A DNA stretch of 64,000 nt from an uncultured Alphaproteobacteria bacterium (GTDB lineage: Bacteria > Pseudomonadota > Alphaproteobacteria > CAVTAV01): the NCBI GenBank assembly GCA_963821875.1, contig CAWGFE010000002.1:330387-394386 (forward strand), read 5' to 3'. Numbering within the stretch: the first letter of the stretch is position 1; each line of letters opens with the position of its first letter. A program made the translations under genes and the position numbers. Shown one piece after another: positions 29,694 through 39,580 of the stretch. The notes below the pieces were generated by a model, which was not told the origin of the DNA, did not search any database, and worked only from the letters and a program-made list of their open reading frames with translations.

Positions 29694-30203
29694 CTACCCG
29701 GCTATCGCATAAGGATCGGGAATATTCAATCGTGCGAGAATGGCGGTCTCGAGCGGTTCCATCTCGGCGGCGTCGCTGTCGGTCTCATGATCATAGCCGA
29801 CAAGATGTAAAACACCGTGAATAATCAGATGACTGACATGATGGGCAAGCGGCTTTCCGGCCGCCTCGGCTTCGGCGCGAACCGTCTCATAACCGAGAAC
29901 CACGTCGCCCAGCAGCGCCGGCATGCCCTGAACCGCCGCACCGCCGTCCCGGATCGGAAAAGACAACACATTGGTGGGCTTATCGATGCCGCGATACTGA
30001 CGATTCAGTCCTTGGACGGTCTCGTCGTCCGCCAGCATGACGCTGACCTCGACGTCCGTTGCGCCGACCGCGACATCGCGGCGCGCAACCCCGGCCGCGC
30101 CGAGAACGGCGCGGCACGCCGTTTCGACGATCTGTTCGGCCTCAGGAAGGTCTGCGAGCCACTGCCGGCAGGGGATGGACAGTTCTATTTCCGTTTTCAT
30201 CAT
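29694..30203 (-). CDS. ybeY: rRNA maturation endoribonuclease YbeY
   Basis: HxxxHxxGxxH zinc motif (HGVLHLVGYDH). 169 aa. Confidence 0.9.
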   Translation of the reverse strand: MMKTEIELSIPCRQWLADLPEAEQIVETACRAVLGAAGVARRDVAVGATDVEVSVMLADDETVQGLNRQYRGIDKPTNVLSFPIRDGGAAVQGMPALLGDVVLGYETVRAEAEAAGKPLAHHVSHLIIHGVLHLVGYDHETDSDAAEMEPLETAILARLNIPDPYAIAG

Positions 30204-32520
30204 GCGTGTTTGCGGCCTCGAGCCTCATCGCGGGGTCCCGCAGGCCCATATCGGACCGGTCCTCGCCGCGAATCTGATGGGCGCCCATCGCGAGAACGCG
30301 GCGGAACGCCACGGCGACCCGGCGAAAATCCTTCACCGTCAGGCGCGAGTCGTCGAGCTGGCCATCTTCCATCGCCTCGTCGATGATCTTGTCGATACGC
30401 GCGCGAATCTTCTCGTCATCGGGATCCTTGAGCGAACGGATCGCCGCCTCGACCTGGCCGGCCAGCAGCAGAATGCCCGCCGCCTTGCCTTGCGGCCGGG
30501 GGCCGGGATAGCGGTAATCGTCCTCATGGACCGTTTCGCCGGAAAGCCGCGCCTCGTCACTCGCGCGCGTATAGATCGGCTTCATCAGCATGGTGCCGCG
30601 CTGCTGGGTGATGGCGTCGATGATGACCCGGCCGAACCGGTTGCGCCGGGCGATCTCGATGCCGTCTCGCATCGGCGCTACCACGGCGCGGACCGACAGA
30701 TCGGGCGGCAGCCGGTTGAGCACGTTGCGGCTGCGCCGGTTCTCGTTGAGCGCGCTGGACCGGACGGACTCGCCGATCCGGTGATACAGCGCCATCACGC
30801 GGCACCGCAACGGATTGACGCCGATCGCCTCGCCGGCGGTTTCGGCGAGATTGGCGATCAGGATCGAATGGTAATAGGTCCCCGGCGCATGCAGGGCGAG
30901 ATCCTTGAGAACCGGGCTGTCCGCCGAGGCCAGCTCGAGCAGACGCATATCCGTCATCTCCTCGAAGGCCCGTTCGAGCAACGGCATCAGGGCCGAGGCG
31001 AGCAGACCGCTCATCAGCCCGGAGACGATCGCGAGCGACGCGATCGCGATGACGCCCGTGTCCGACGGGCTGGCGAGCGCGACAAGGACGGGCGCCAGTA
31101 TCATCTGCGCAGCGCCCGCCGCGAGGCCCACCTTCACAACATCCGGCCGGCGGCGGCATTTCGGCGCGAGCACCGACGCCGTGCAAACGCCCGCGAGTTG
31201 GTAGACGACGAACCAGATCGACGCATCGACCCGGTAGGCGAAGAGCAAGGCCAGCGCCGCGCCCACCACGATCGCCGTGCGCATATTGATCAGGGCCGCC
31301 AGCAGAAGGCCGGCGAGGCTGATCGGCAGAATATAGGGAACCGTGCTCGCCGAGACAGACAGTCCGTCGGCGAGCGCCAGACCGACCGCTTCGATCAGCA
31401 GCGAGATCAGCATCGTGCCGCCCGCCACGCTGAGCGCGACATAGATCCTGCGCCGGTCGAAACCGGGCGGACGCCGGGTTTGATGCATGAACACGGCCCC
31501 CGCTCCCGCCAGAACGCCGATCAGCGCGAAGACCGCGATAAGCCGGGGCCAGACAGAACCGGTCTCGGAGGTCCGGTACAGCAGGCGCAGCCGCTCCTGA
31601 ATCGCCGGCGTGATCCGTTCGCCGCTGTGAACGATCACCTCGCCCGCGCCGAACCGGACATAGACCGGCTCCGCGCTCTCGATCGCGGCGGTCCGGGCGC
31701 GCTGGGTGGCGGCGTCGTTGAGAGTCAGATTGGGGCGGACCAGCCGCAGCGCGGTGGACAGGATCCAGGTGCGTACGATCCGGGCGCTCTTGTATTGGAT
31801 GTCGGCGGCCCGGTCGCGCATGATCTGTTCAACGCGGTCGCGGCTGATGATTCCCGACACGTCGTTCAAAAGCCGCGTTTCGCCGGTCGACACGTCGCGC
31901 AGAATGATTCCGCCGGACGAGGGTAACGCCGACGGCTCGTCCGCCACATAGCGGTTCAGCACGCTGGCGAAGAGCGCGTTGATCGCTCGGATCACGTCAT
32001 TGGGGTCCTCGAGCCGCTCGATGATCTCGAAGGTCGTCGGATTGATCGGCAAGGCGAAATCGCGCTGGAAAGCCTCGTAGCGGTCGTTGAAGGACAGCGT
32101 CTTGTTGTCGAGTCGCTTCTTCATGTTCTGCAAGGCCGTACGGATCGGCGTGCCGATGCCGGTATAGAGATCGGCGTCGAAATCGAAGACGGGCAGCGCA
32201 TTTTCGCCGGCCTCGCGGCGGCGGAAATCGGTCGCGATCTTGTCCTCGACCAGGATGTCCCGCTTGGAGCGGACCGTATCAGTGGCGACGCTTTCGAGCG
32301 GCGGTATGGGTTTGACGCTGACCGGAAATGGCGTGACGACGGCGGTGAGAAGAACCACGAAGAGAACGAAGAGCGTGATGTCGACAGGTTTGTTCCAGCG
32401 CGCCCAGCGATCGGCGGCAAGCGCCCGCAACGCCGACACGGGGAGCAGACGCCGCGCAGCCTGAATATCCGGGTCGACCGACCCGGACCCGGCTGCTTCG
32501 GGAGCCTCGGAATCACTCAT
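30142..32520 (-). CDS. 7TM-receptor / HD-hydrolase membrane protein (7TMR-HD, PgpH/YqfF-like)
   Basis: ATG 32520 (MSDSEAP...) overlaps the phoH stop as ATGAGTGA. It has an extracellular N-terminal domain, a 7-TM core and a C-terminal HD/HDIG-like domain (...HAPGTYYHSILIANLAE...). 792 aa. The ORF-track start at 32661 lies inside phoH. Confidence 0.75.
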   Translation of the reverse strand: MSDSEAPEAAGSGSVDPDIQAARRLLPVSALRALAADRWARWNKPVDITLFVLFVVLLTAVVTPFPVSVKPIPPLESVATDTVRSKRDILVEDKIATDFRRREAGENALPVFDFDADLYTGIGTPIRTALQNMKKRLDNKTLSFNDRYEAFQRDFALPINPTTFEIIERLEDPNDVIRAINALFASVLNRYVADEPSALPSSGGIILRDVSTGETRLLNDVSGIISRDRVEQIMRDRAADIQYKSARIVRTWILSTALRLVRPNLTLNDAATQRARTAAIESAEPVYVRFGAGEVIVHSGERITPAIQERLRLLYRTSETGSVWPRLIAVFALIGVLAGAGAVFMHQTRRPPGFDRRRIYVALSVAGGTMLISLLIEAVGLALADGLSVSASTVPYILPISLAGLLLAALINMRTAIVVGAALALLFAYRVDASIWFVVYQLAGVCTASVLAPKCRRRPDVVKVGLAAGAAQMILAPVLVALASPSDTGVIAIASLAIVSGLMSGLLASALMPLLERAFEEMTDMRLLELASADSPVLKDLALHAPGTYYHSILIANLAETAGEAIGVNPLRCRVMALYHRIGESVRSSALNENRRSRNVLNRLPPDLSVRAVVAPMRDGIEIARRNRFGRVIIDAITQQRGTMLMKPIYTRASDEARLSGETVHEDDYRYPGPRPQGKAAGILLLAGQVEAAIRSLKDPDDEKIRARIDKIIDEAMEDGQLDDSRLTVKDFRRVAVAFRRVLAMGAHQIRGEDRSDMGLRDPAMRLEAANTHDENGNRTVHPLPAVARRPS

Positions 32521-33706
32521 TATGCCGCTCTTCTTTGGATCGGGCCTTGGCGGTATCGGCCCTCGGCGCCTGCGCTGCGCCCTGGTTTCGGCGACGTTTT
32601 TCGTCGTCTGATCGACCGTAAGCGTCCAAAATTCTTGTGACCAAACTATGGCGGACCACATCGGCGTTGGTCAGGCGCACCGTCGCCATGCCGTTGGTCT
32701 TGCCGAGAATGTCGACGGCGTCGACCAGGCCGGACCTGGCCCCGTGCGGCAAATCGATCTGACTGTCGTCCCCTACCACCACCATGCGCGAATTCTCGCC
32801 GAGCCGCGTTAAAAACATCTTCATTTGCACGGGCGTGGTGTTCTGGGCCTCGTCCAGAATGGCGAAAGCATGGGACAAAGTGCGCCCGCGCATGAAAGCC
32901 AGCGGCGCGATTTCGACCTCGCCGCTCTCCAGCTTGGTCTGCACCACATCCGCCGGCAGCATATCGTAGAGCGCGTCGTAAAGCGGCTGGAGATAGGGAT
33001 CGATCTTTTCGCGCAAATCGCCGGGCAGGAAGCCGAGCCGCTCGCCCGCCTCGATCGCGGGGCGCGACAGGATGATGCGCTCGACCTCGCCTCGCATCAG
33101 CATGGAGACGCCGACGGCGGCGGCGAGATAGGTCTTGCCCGTGCCCGCAGGCCCGAGCCCGAAAACAAGTTCGTTGTCGCGCAGCGCGCGGAGATACTCC
33201 ACCTGGCCCGGCGAGCGCGGCACGATCACGCGCTTGCGGGTTCGGATGGCGAATTCATCGCCGGCCTCGATCCCGCCGACCGTGCGACCATTGCCCGCCG
33301 GCGCGTCCCGGGTCATCCGGACGGCGCCGTCGACGTCGCCCGCCTCTAATGGCAGACCCTTCCGCAACCGGTCATAGAGGCCATTGAGAACGGAGATCGC
33401 CCGGCGCCGCGCGGCCGGATCGCCGGAGACGACGATGCGGTTGCCCCTCGGGGCAAGTTCCACGCCGAGCCATTGCTCAATTCTCGCGAGATTGCGGTCG
33501 TGCTCGCCGACCAGAACCTTGACGAGCGCGTTGTCATCGAATTCGAGAACGCTTTGGCGCGCGCCGCCATCGGCGTCGCCGCGATGGATCGTCTGATTCT
33601 TCCGGGTCTGGGATTTTTTGCTCTGGGTCTTGGCCGAGGATTTCTGCGGCGTTTTCGATGCCGACGCCGTCGACGATTTGGGACGACGCTTCGATCCGCC
33701 GGTCAT
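32513..33706 (-). CDS. phoH: PhoH-family ATPase
   Basis: Walker [12 protein letters not shown], PhoH signature. A lysine/serine-rich N-terminal extension. Its start overlaps the miaB stop. Confidence 0.9.
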   Translation of the reverse strand: MTGGSKRRPKSSTASASKTPQKSSAKTQSKKSQTRKNQTIHRGDADGGARQSVLEFDDNALVKVLVGEHDRNLARIEQWLGVELAPRGNRIVVSGDPAARRRAISVLNGLYDRLRKGLPLEAGDVDGAVRMTRDAPAGNGRTVGGIEAGDEFAIRTRKRVIVPRSPGQVEYLRALRDNELVFGLGPAGTGKTYLAAAVGVSMLMRGEVERIILSRPAIEAGERLGFLPGDLREKIDPYLQPLYDALYDMLPADVVQTKLESGEVEIAPLAFMRGRTLSHAFAILDEAQNTTPVQMKMFLTRLGENSRMVVVGDDSQIDLPHGARSGLVDAVDILGKTNGMATVRLTNADVVRHSLVTRILDAYGRSDDEKRRRNQGAAQAPRADTAKARSKEERHNE

Positions 33707-35115
33707 GCGAGGGGGTGCGCCGCCAGGCTGTTGGCGTGGCCGCCAATCACGCTGACATCGAGCATCGCGCCGCGACCGGGCCGGGGCTCGCCCGCCGCAT
33801 CACCGGCGGCTTGCTCGAAATCGACATGAACGGCCTGCATATAAGGGCTGCGGCCGATGAGCTGGCCTGCAGACCGGCCGGGCCGGTCGAGCAGCACCCG
33901 CATGTTGCGGCCGACGAAGGACCGGTTGAAGGCGAGCTGCTGGCGGTTGAGTTCCGCCTGCAATTCGGCGAGCCGGTCCTGTTTCACCTGTTCGGACACG
34001 TGATCGTCGCGGTCGGCCGAGGGCGTACCGGGCCGCGGGCTGTATTTGAACGAATAGGCCTGGGCGAAGCCGACCTCGCGGACCAGATCCATCGTCGCCT
34101 CGAAGTCGGCGTCGGTCTCGCCCGGGAAACCGACGATGAAATCCGACGACAGGGCCAGATCCGGCCGTCCGGCCCGAAGCCTGTCGACGATGCGATAATA
34201 GGCGTCGCGGGTGTGGCGGCGGTTCATCTCCGCGAGGATGCGATCCGACCCGCTCTGCACCGGCAGATGCAGAAACGGCATCAGGCTCTCGACATCGCGA
34301 TGCGCGGCGATGAGATCTTCGTCCACATCGAGAGGATGCGAGGTGGTGTAGCGCAGGCGCTCGAGACCGGGGATCGTATCGAGACGCCGGATAAGCCGGC
34401 CGAGCGTCCACGCGTCTCCATCCGGCCCGTCGCCATGAAAGGCGTTCACGTTCTGGCCCAGCAGCGTGATCTCGCGCACGCCGGTATCGACCAGACGCCG
34501 GGCTTCGGCCTCGATCGGCGCAACCGGGCGGGAATATTCCGCGCCGCGCGTATAGGGCACCACGCAGAAAGTGCAGAACTTGTCGCAGCCCTCCTGAATG
34601 GTGAGAAAGGCCGCCACGCTTTTGGCGGCCGCGCGCTCCGGCAGCCGGCCGAATTTCCCGTCCACATCGAGTCCGGTCTCGACCAGCCCGGCGCGGCGGG
34701 CGGATTTCTCGCCCAGCTTGTCGAGCATCTCGGGCAACTCGTGATAGGTCTGCGGCCCGAAAACGAGGTCCACGACCGGCGACCGGCGCTTGATCTCCGC
34801 ACCTTCGGCCTGCGCGACGCAACCGGCGACCGCGATCATCGTATCGGCGCCGCGCGCCGTGCGTTCGGCCTTCAATTCGCGCAAGCGGCCAAGCTCCGAA
34901 TAGACCTTCTCGGCGGCCTTTTCGCGAATATGGCAGGTATTGAGGATGATCAGATCGGCGTCGTCCGGCGCATCGACCGCCGTATAGCCGCGATCGGCCA
35001 GAACTTCCGTCATACGATCGGAATCGTAGACGTTCATCTGGCAACCGTATGTTTTTACGAAGAGTTTCTTGTCCTGCAAAGGCGTGACATGTCCGCCGGC
35101 ACGCCCCAGTGCCAT
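33703..35115 (-). CDS. miaB: tRNA-i6A37 methylthiotransferase MiaB
   Basis: Radical-SAM CxxxCxxC (CDKFCTFC) plus the N-terminal MTTase cysteines (KTYGCQMN). ATG 35115 with GGGAA RBS. The ORF-track TTG at 35166 is an alternative. Confidence 0.9.
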   Translation of the reverse strand: MALGRAGGHVTPLQDKKLFVKTYGCQMNVYDSDRMTEVLADRGYTAVDAPDDADLIILNTCHIREKAAEKVYSELGRLRELKAERTARGADTMIAVAGCVAQAEGAEIKRRSPVVDLVFGPQTYHELPEMLDKLGEKSARRAGLVETGLDVDGKFGRLPERAAAKSVAAFLTIQEGCDKFCTFCVVPYTRGAEYSRPVAPIEAEARRLVDTGVREITLLGQNVNAFHGDGPDGDAWTLGRLIRRLDTIPGLERLRYTTSHPLDVDEDLIAAHRDVESLMPFLHLPVQSGSDRILAEMNRRHTRDAYYRIVDRLRAGRPDLALSSDFIVGFPGETDADFEATMDLVREVGFAQAYSFKYSPRPGTPSADRDDHVSEQVKQDRLAELQAELNRQQLAFNRSFVGRNMRVLLDRPGRSAGQLIGRSPYMQAVHVDFEQAAGDAAGEPRPGRGAMLDVSVIGGHANSLAAHPLA

Positions 35116-35223
35116 AGCGGATTCCCAAAAGCGGCCAACCCAAGTGCCCGTAACATCTGACGGCAAATTACCACCGGACGGCGGAGAGTCGAAATTATCC
35201 CGCAGGGGCGCGGCACGCCGGCG

Positions 35224-35656
35224 TCAGTCGGACGCGGGCTCCTTGTCCTTGTCGATCCGCGTGCCATAGAGCTCCAGCCGGTGATCGACCAGCTTGAAGC
35301 CGAGTCGGCGGGCGACCTCACGCTGCAGCGCTTCGATCTCCTCGCTGCGGAACTCGTGGACCTCTCCCGATTTGACGTCGATCAGGTGATCGTGGTGGAC
35401 ATCCGGCACTTCCTCATAGCGGGACCGGCCATCCCGGAAGTCATGGCGTTCGAGAATTCCCGCCTCTTCGAACAGCCGGACCGTCCTGTAGACCGTGGCG
35501 ATGGAAATGTTGGAGTTCGATCGCCGTCGCCCGGCGATAAACCTCTTCGACGTCGGGATGATCGCTCGCGGCCGACAGAACGCGCGCGATGACGCGGCGC
35601 TGCTCCGTCATCCGCATCCCTTTTTCAAGGCAGAGCTGTTCCAATTTATCGGGCAT
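35224..35656 (-). pseudogene. fur: Ferric uptake regulator (Rhizobium Fur/Mur-like) interrupted by a +1 frameshift
   Basis: The N-terminal part (MPDKLEQLCLEKGMRMTEQRRVIARVLSAASDHPDVEEVYRRATAI) lies in one frame. After one extra base near 35513-35520 (gagttcga) the canonical continuation (SNISIATVYRTVRLFEEAGILERHDFRDGRSRYEEVPDVHHDHLIDVKSG...LVDHRLELYG) lies in the +1 frame. Translated in a single frame, the N-terminal ORF ends at 35441. Confidence 0.7.
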
Positions 35657-35854
35657 TCCACCAGCCTTCCCGGTTTGTCCCTCGGATTCCAAGGTACCGT
35701 CCTTCGTCCGCGACGTCATGCAAGGCGACCATAGCGGCGGCGCGCCATTCGTCCCGTGACGAACGGAGGCGCAACCGACCTGGTTCTGATTTTAACCGTT
35801 CGGACCGCACAGACAAGGCAGCCCGGACAGCAAAGGCGAGATTTTAGGGGGAAG

Positions 35855-36283
35855 CTATTTTCCGCGCTTGCGGGACTTCTCGCGCGGCAAGGTGCCAAGC
35901 CCGATCTGCTTGGCGAGTTCGCGGCGTTGCGCCGCATAGTTCGGCGCAACCATCGGATAGTCCGACGGCAGACCCCATTTCTCACGATATTCGTCCGGCG
36001 TGAGATTGTAGCGGGTCTTGAGATGCCGCTTCAGCATTTTGAGTTTTTTGCCGTCTTCGAGACAAATGATGTAATTCGGCGTAACGGAACGCCGTATATT
36101 AACGGCGGGCCGAGGTTTATCCGCGGCGGTCTCCCCGTTCCCAACGCGGACAAGCGTCTTGTATACTTGCTCGATCAACGGCGCTATTTCGGCCACTGCA
36201 ACCGAATTATTTGCAACGTGCGACGATACAATATCCGCTGTCAAAGTTAGGAGTTCATTGTTGTCGCGGTCGTTTTCTTTCAT
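35855..36283 (-). CDS. mucR: MucR/Ros-family zinc-finger transcriptional regulator
   Basis: C2H2-like Ros/MucR signature (YIICLEDGKKLKMLKRHLKTRYNLTPDEYREKWGLP). ATG at 36283 gives 142 aa. The ORF-track start at 36349 would add 22 aa. Confidence 0.8.
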   Translation of the reverse strand: MKENDRDNNELLTLTADIVSSHVANNSVAVAEIAPLIEQVYKTLVRVGNGETAADKPRPAVNIRRSVTPNYIICLEDGKKLKMLKRHLKTRYNLTPDEYREKWGLPSDYPMVAPNYAAQRRELAKQIGLGTLPREKSRKRGK

Positions 36284-36466
36284 TTGGCCCGTCGCTCCCG
36301 GAAAAGAAATGTCACGGGTTTTTATATTATTCCAAGTGTCCATCTGCAACTTCTAATAACGTGCTCTTCCATATCTGTTAGCATATAGCCCATTTAGGCT
36401 ATGGGTTTTTCTTGCCATCATTTCATATCTTTATAGCGGCGAGACAAGCGCAACAAGCTTGCTCAA

Positions 36467-36497
36467 GACAAAAGCCCGAAAACCGTTTGGGAACGGT
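36467..36497 (-). terminator. Candidate intrinsic terminator right after the rimI stop. On the minus strand: accgtt-ccca-aacggt followed by TTTCGGGCTTTTGTC.
   Basis: Seen directly in the sequence. The stem is short (6 bp) and the T-tract is interrupted. Confidence 0.4.
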
Positions 36498-36499
36498 GA

Positions 36500-37045
36500 T
36501 CAGGTTGTCGCGGTCGCCGGACGAGGCTCAAATCCGACCAGCGGTAACGGGACCGCCAGCAGTAATGCAGCTATGTGTCTGGAATTACGATCACATAGAT
36601 AATACTTGGGCCTTTTGCCGATTTCTGCAAACCCCAAGTTTTCATAAAAGCGAATCGCAGTGGTATTGTCTTCCGCGACTTCAAGCAAAAGTCGGTTTGC
36701 TCCCGCCTCGATCGCCGATTGCGCAGCGGACGTTATCAGTGTACTGCCAATGCCTTTGCCGCGACAGGATTCGAGAACACCAATTGAAAGAATCTCTGCT
36801 TCATCAAAGACTTGGCGAAGAAGAACATAACCGGCCATCTCGCGTGATGAAAGAAAAGCGCCAAATGCGCGTGATTTTTCGTCACCCAAAATCTGGTTAA
36901 AATCTTCAACCGTCCAGGGACGCGCCGACAGGCCCAAAAAACTTCGCGCATTTAATGCCGCCAACGCCGCCGAAAGATCGCGACCGACGGCCCGGATCTC
37001 CATTTCGGCGGGAATCAGTCCGGATTCGATATTTTCGTCCGTCAT
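36500..37045 (-). CDS. rimI: Ribosomal-protein-alanine N-acetyltransferase (GNAT)
   Basis: GNAT motif (RGKGIGSTL). Start overlaps the tsaB stop, as in the conserved tsaB-rimI pair. Confidence 0.8.
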   Translation of the reverse strand: MTDENIESGLIPAEMEIRAVGRDLSAALAALNARSFLGLSARPWTVEDFNQILGDEKSRAFGAFLSSREMAGYVLLRQVFDEAEILSIGVLESCRGKGIGSTLITSAAQSAIEAGANRLLLEVAEDNTTAIRFYENLGFAEIGKRPKYYLCDRNSRHIAALLLAVPLPLVGFEPRPATATT

Positions 37046-37728
37046 GGTCGGGCTGGCGCGCCGGCCGGCAGCTTGGCGTCGGGCACCCGGAGATAGAGTG
37101 GCGAGGGAGGATGACCGGCATCGGCCGCGCGGCCGGATGCGATTTCCGCCAAAATCGCGGCGTCGGGACGGATAACGGTATCATGATAGCGAAGACCGTC
37201 ACGCTCACCCAGACCGGCCCGGACAATACCGGCGCCGGATCCGGCGATATCGAGCGAGCCATTGCCGAAAAAGGCTGCCGCCTCATCGTGGCCGATGACT
37301 GATGGCGGCGCCGTGGCGCGGGGTTTACCGGCGTCGACTTCGAAGACCTGGACATAGAGTTCGCCGCGCCGGGCGTCGATCGCAACGCCCAGCCGGCGTC
37401 CCGTATCGACCTGCGGGCTCGCCGTCGCGGCGATGGCCTCCAGCGTCGTGATTCCGATGATCGGCCTGGACCGCCCCAGCGCCAGTCCGCGCGCGGCCGC
37501 AAGCCCGACACGAACCCCGGTGAACGATCCCGGGCCGGTGGTGACCGCGAAACGGTCAAGATCGGCATAGTCGAGATCCGCCTGCGCCAGCACCCGGGCG
37601 AGCATGGGGAACAGCATCTCGGCGTGACCGCGCGCCGCGGCGACGGATTCTGCGGCGAGCACCGTGCCGTCGGACCAGACCGCGGCCGCGCAGGCGTCGA
37701 GCGCCGTATCGAAGGCGAGAATATTCAT
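37042..37728 (-). CDS. tsaB: tRNA t6A37 threonylcarbamoyladenosine biosynthesis protein TsaB
   Basis: MNILAFDTALDACAAAVW... ASKHA-fold N-terminus of the YeaZ/TsaB family. 228 aa. Confidence 0.85.
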   Translation of the reverse strand: MNILAFDTALDACAAAVWSDGTVLAAESVAAARGHAEMLFPMLARVLAQADLDYADLDRFAVTTGPGSFTGVRVGLAAARGLALGRSRPIIGITTLEAIAATASPQVDTGRRLGVAIDARRGELYVQVFEVDAGKPRATAPPSVIGHDEAAAFFGNGSLDIAGSGAGIVRAGLGERDGLRYHDTVIRPDAAILAEIASGRAADAGHPPSPLYLRVPDAKLPAGAPARP

Positions 37729-37772
37729 GCGCTTATACCGGGCCGCACAGGGCCCGATGACAGATCACCCGG

Positions 37773-38411
37773 TTAGACAATCAAACAGGCGTCGTCGAAA
37801 TCCAGCCGCGGTTGGCGCGGCGCCAGAGCGTCGTGATCGCCGTAGCCGATGGAGCAAATGAAATTGGAATGGAACCGCCCGTCGGGGAAAAACACCTTAT
37901 CGAGCGCCGCATTGTCGAAGCCCGACATCGGGCAGCAATCGAGCCCCAGAGCCCGCGCCGCAATGACGAGATAGGCGCCCTGAAGCGTGCCGTTGCGGAA
38001 AGCGGTGGCCTCCGCGAGCGGCGGATTTCCCAGCAACGCCTCGCGAAAGCCGGCCGCCTTCGGATTGCCCGGATTGAGCGTCTCGACATGCTCGTGAAAC
38101 TGGCTGTCGGTTGCGACGATCGCCGTGATCGGCGCTTTGACGACCTTCTCGACATTGCCCTCGCTCACCACGCCTTTGAGCGTCTGCTTGCCCTCGTCGC
38201 CGGTCACGAACACAAACCGTGCCGGACAGCAATTGAAGCTTGTCGGTCCCATCTTGGCCAGTTCGTAAAGCGCGCGGATCGAAACCTCGGAAACGGGCTT
38301 GTCCAGGAACTTTCGATGGGTTCGGGCGTTCCGGAAAATCGTATCGAGATCGGTGTCGCTCAAGATGTGGCTCACGGTAACCTCGCGTTTATCGAACTCA
38401 GGCAGACTCAC
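37773..38411 (-). CDS. Nitroreductase-family NAD(P)H oxidoreductase (malonic semialdehyde reductase RutE-like)
   Basis: 212 aa. Nitroreductase fold (DTIFRNARTHRKF...RALGLDCCPMSGFD). Confidence 0.7.
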   Translation of the reverse strand: MSLPEFDKREVTVSHILSDTDLDTIFRNARTHRKFLDKPVSEVSIRALYELAKMGPTSFNCCPARFVFVTGDEGKQTLKGVVSEGNVEKVVKAPITAIVATDSQFHEHVETLNPGNPKAAGFREALLGNPPLAEATAFRNGTLQGAYLVIAARALGLDCCPMSGFDNAALDKVFFPDGRFHSNFICSIGYGDHDALAPRQPRLDFDDACLIV

Positions 38412-38515
38412 CCGCGTTCATACACGCGCCAAGCCGCGCTGCCAACTGAGAAGGGCGCGCAAGGCTTTGCCGGGCCTTGAGGGAGGCGCGATGAACTTTG
38501 GTGAGGAACAAAGAG

Positions 38516-39577
38516 ATGCCGATCGCCCCTGAAGCCCTGCGCCGCCAGCGCAGACTGGCGCTATACGCGCTGTCCGTCCTGTCCCTGTCGTTTGCCGGCC
38601 TGTCCCTTTTTGGAACAGCCGCGGCCCGCGCCGCCGACTCGGCCGTCATCCTGATGTATCAGCGCTTCGACGAGCCGACCCAGCCGGACAGCATCAGCAC
38701 GAAATCCTTCCAAGCCCATCTGAAGGAATTGAGCGACGCCCGCTATCACGTCATGTCGCTGCCCGATGTGATCGCCGCCTTCCGGTCGCACACGCCGTTG
38801 CCGGACCGCACGATCGTCATCACCCTCGACGACGCCTTTCAGTCGGCCGACGAGCACGCCGTTCCCCTGCTCGAGCAGCATCACTTCCCCTACACGCTGT
38901 TCGTGACCACCGACCGGGTCGACGAGAGCGGCTCGGACTATATGACCTGGGACGAGATCCGCGCGGCCGCAGAGCAAGGCGCCACGATCGGCAATCACGG
39001 CGCGCGGCCGTTTCACATGGTGGAGATGAGCGAGGACGCCAACCGGGACAATATCACGCGAGGTTCGATGCGGATCGCCAAGGAAACCGGCGCGACGCCG
39101 ACTCTCTTCGCCTATCCCTACGGCGAATTCGACAATGCCGATCAGGCGCTGCTGGGCGCGATGGGATATGCCGGCGCGGTCAGCCAGTATTCGGGCGTCG
39201 CGACGGCCGATCCGACGCCGTTCGACCTGCCGCGCTTTTCCCTGGTCGAGGCCTATAGCGGCATGGACCGGTTCCGCATGATCGCCAATGCGCTGCCCCT
39301 GCCGGTCGCCGATCTGCTGCCGGGCGACCCCAAGCTCGCGGACAATCCGCCGCCCCTGGGCTTCACGCTGACGCAGAAAGTATCCGGCGCGGACGCCCTG
39401 ACCTGCACCCCGTCCGTCGCGGGCGGCAAGGCCGATGTCGAGCATCTCGGCGACCGCGTCGAGGTGCGCTTCGACAAGCCGTTCCCCGAGGGCAACGGCC
39501 GCGTCACCTGCACGACGCGCACGGCGGACGACCGGCTGCGCTGGCTTGGCGTGCCGGTCTACGTACCCAGAAAGTAA
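38516..39577 (+). CDS. Polysaccharide deacetylase-family protein (NodB homology domain) with an N-terminal signal/anchor
   Basis: ATG 38516 with GAGGAA upstream. Hydrophobic N-terminus, then NodB-like motifs (ITLDDAF, HGARPFH). Confidence 0.75.
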   Translation: MPIAPEALRRQRRLALYALSVLSLSFAGLSLFGTAAARAADSAVILMYQRFDEPTQPDSISTKSFQAHLKELSDARYHVMSLPDVIAAFRSHTPLPDRTIVITLDDAFQSADEHAVPLLEQHHFPYTLFVTTDRVDESGSDYMTWDEIRAAAEQGATIGNHGARPFHMVEMSEDANRDNITRGSMRIAKETGATPTLFAYPYGEFDNADQALLGAMGYAGAVSQYSGVATADPTPFDLPRFSLVEAYSGMDRFRMIANALPLPVADLLPGDPKLADNPPPLGFTLTQKVSGADALTCTPSVAGGKADVEHLGDRVEVRFDKPFPEGNGRVTCTTRTADDRLRWLGVPVYVPRK

Positions 39578-39580
39578 AGC

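Noticed and set aside
32521-32661. Upstream start (ORF-track 32661) for the 7TM-HD protein
   Set aside because: The extra 47 codons lie entirely inside phoH in another frame. The ATG at 32520 forms the ATGAGTGA stop/start junction instead.
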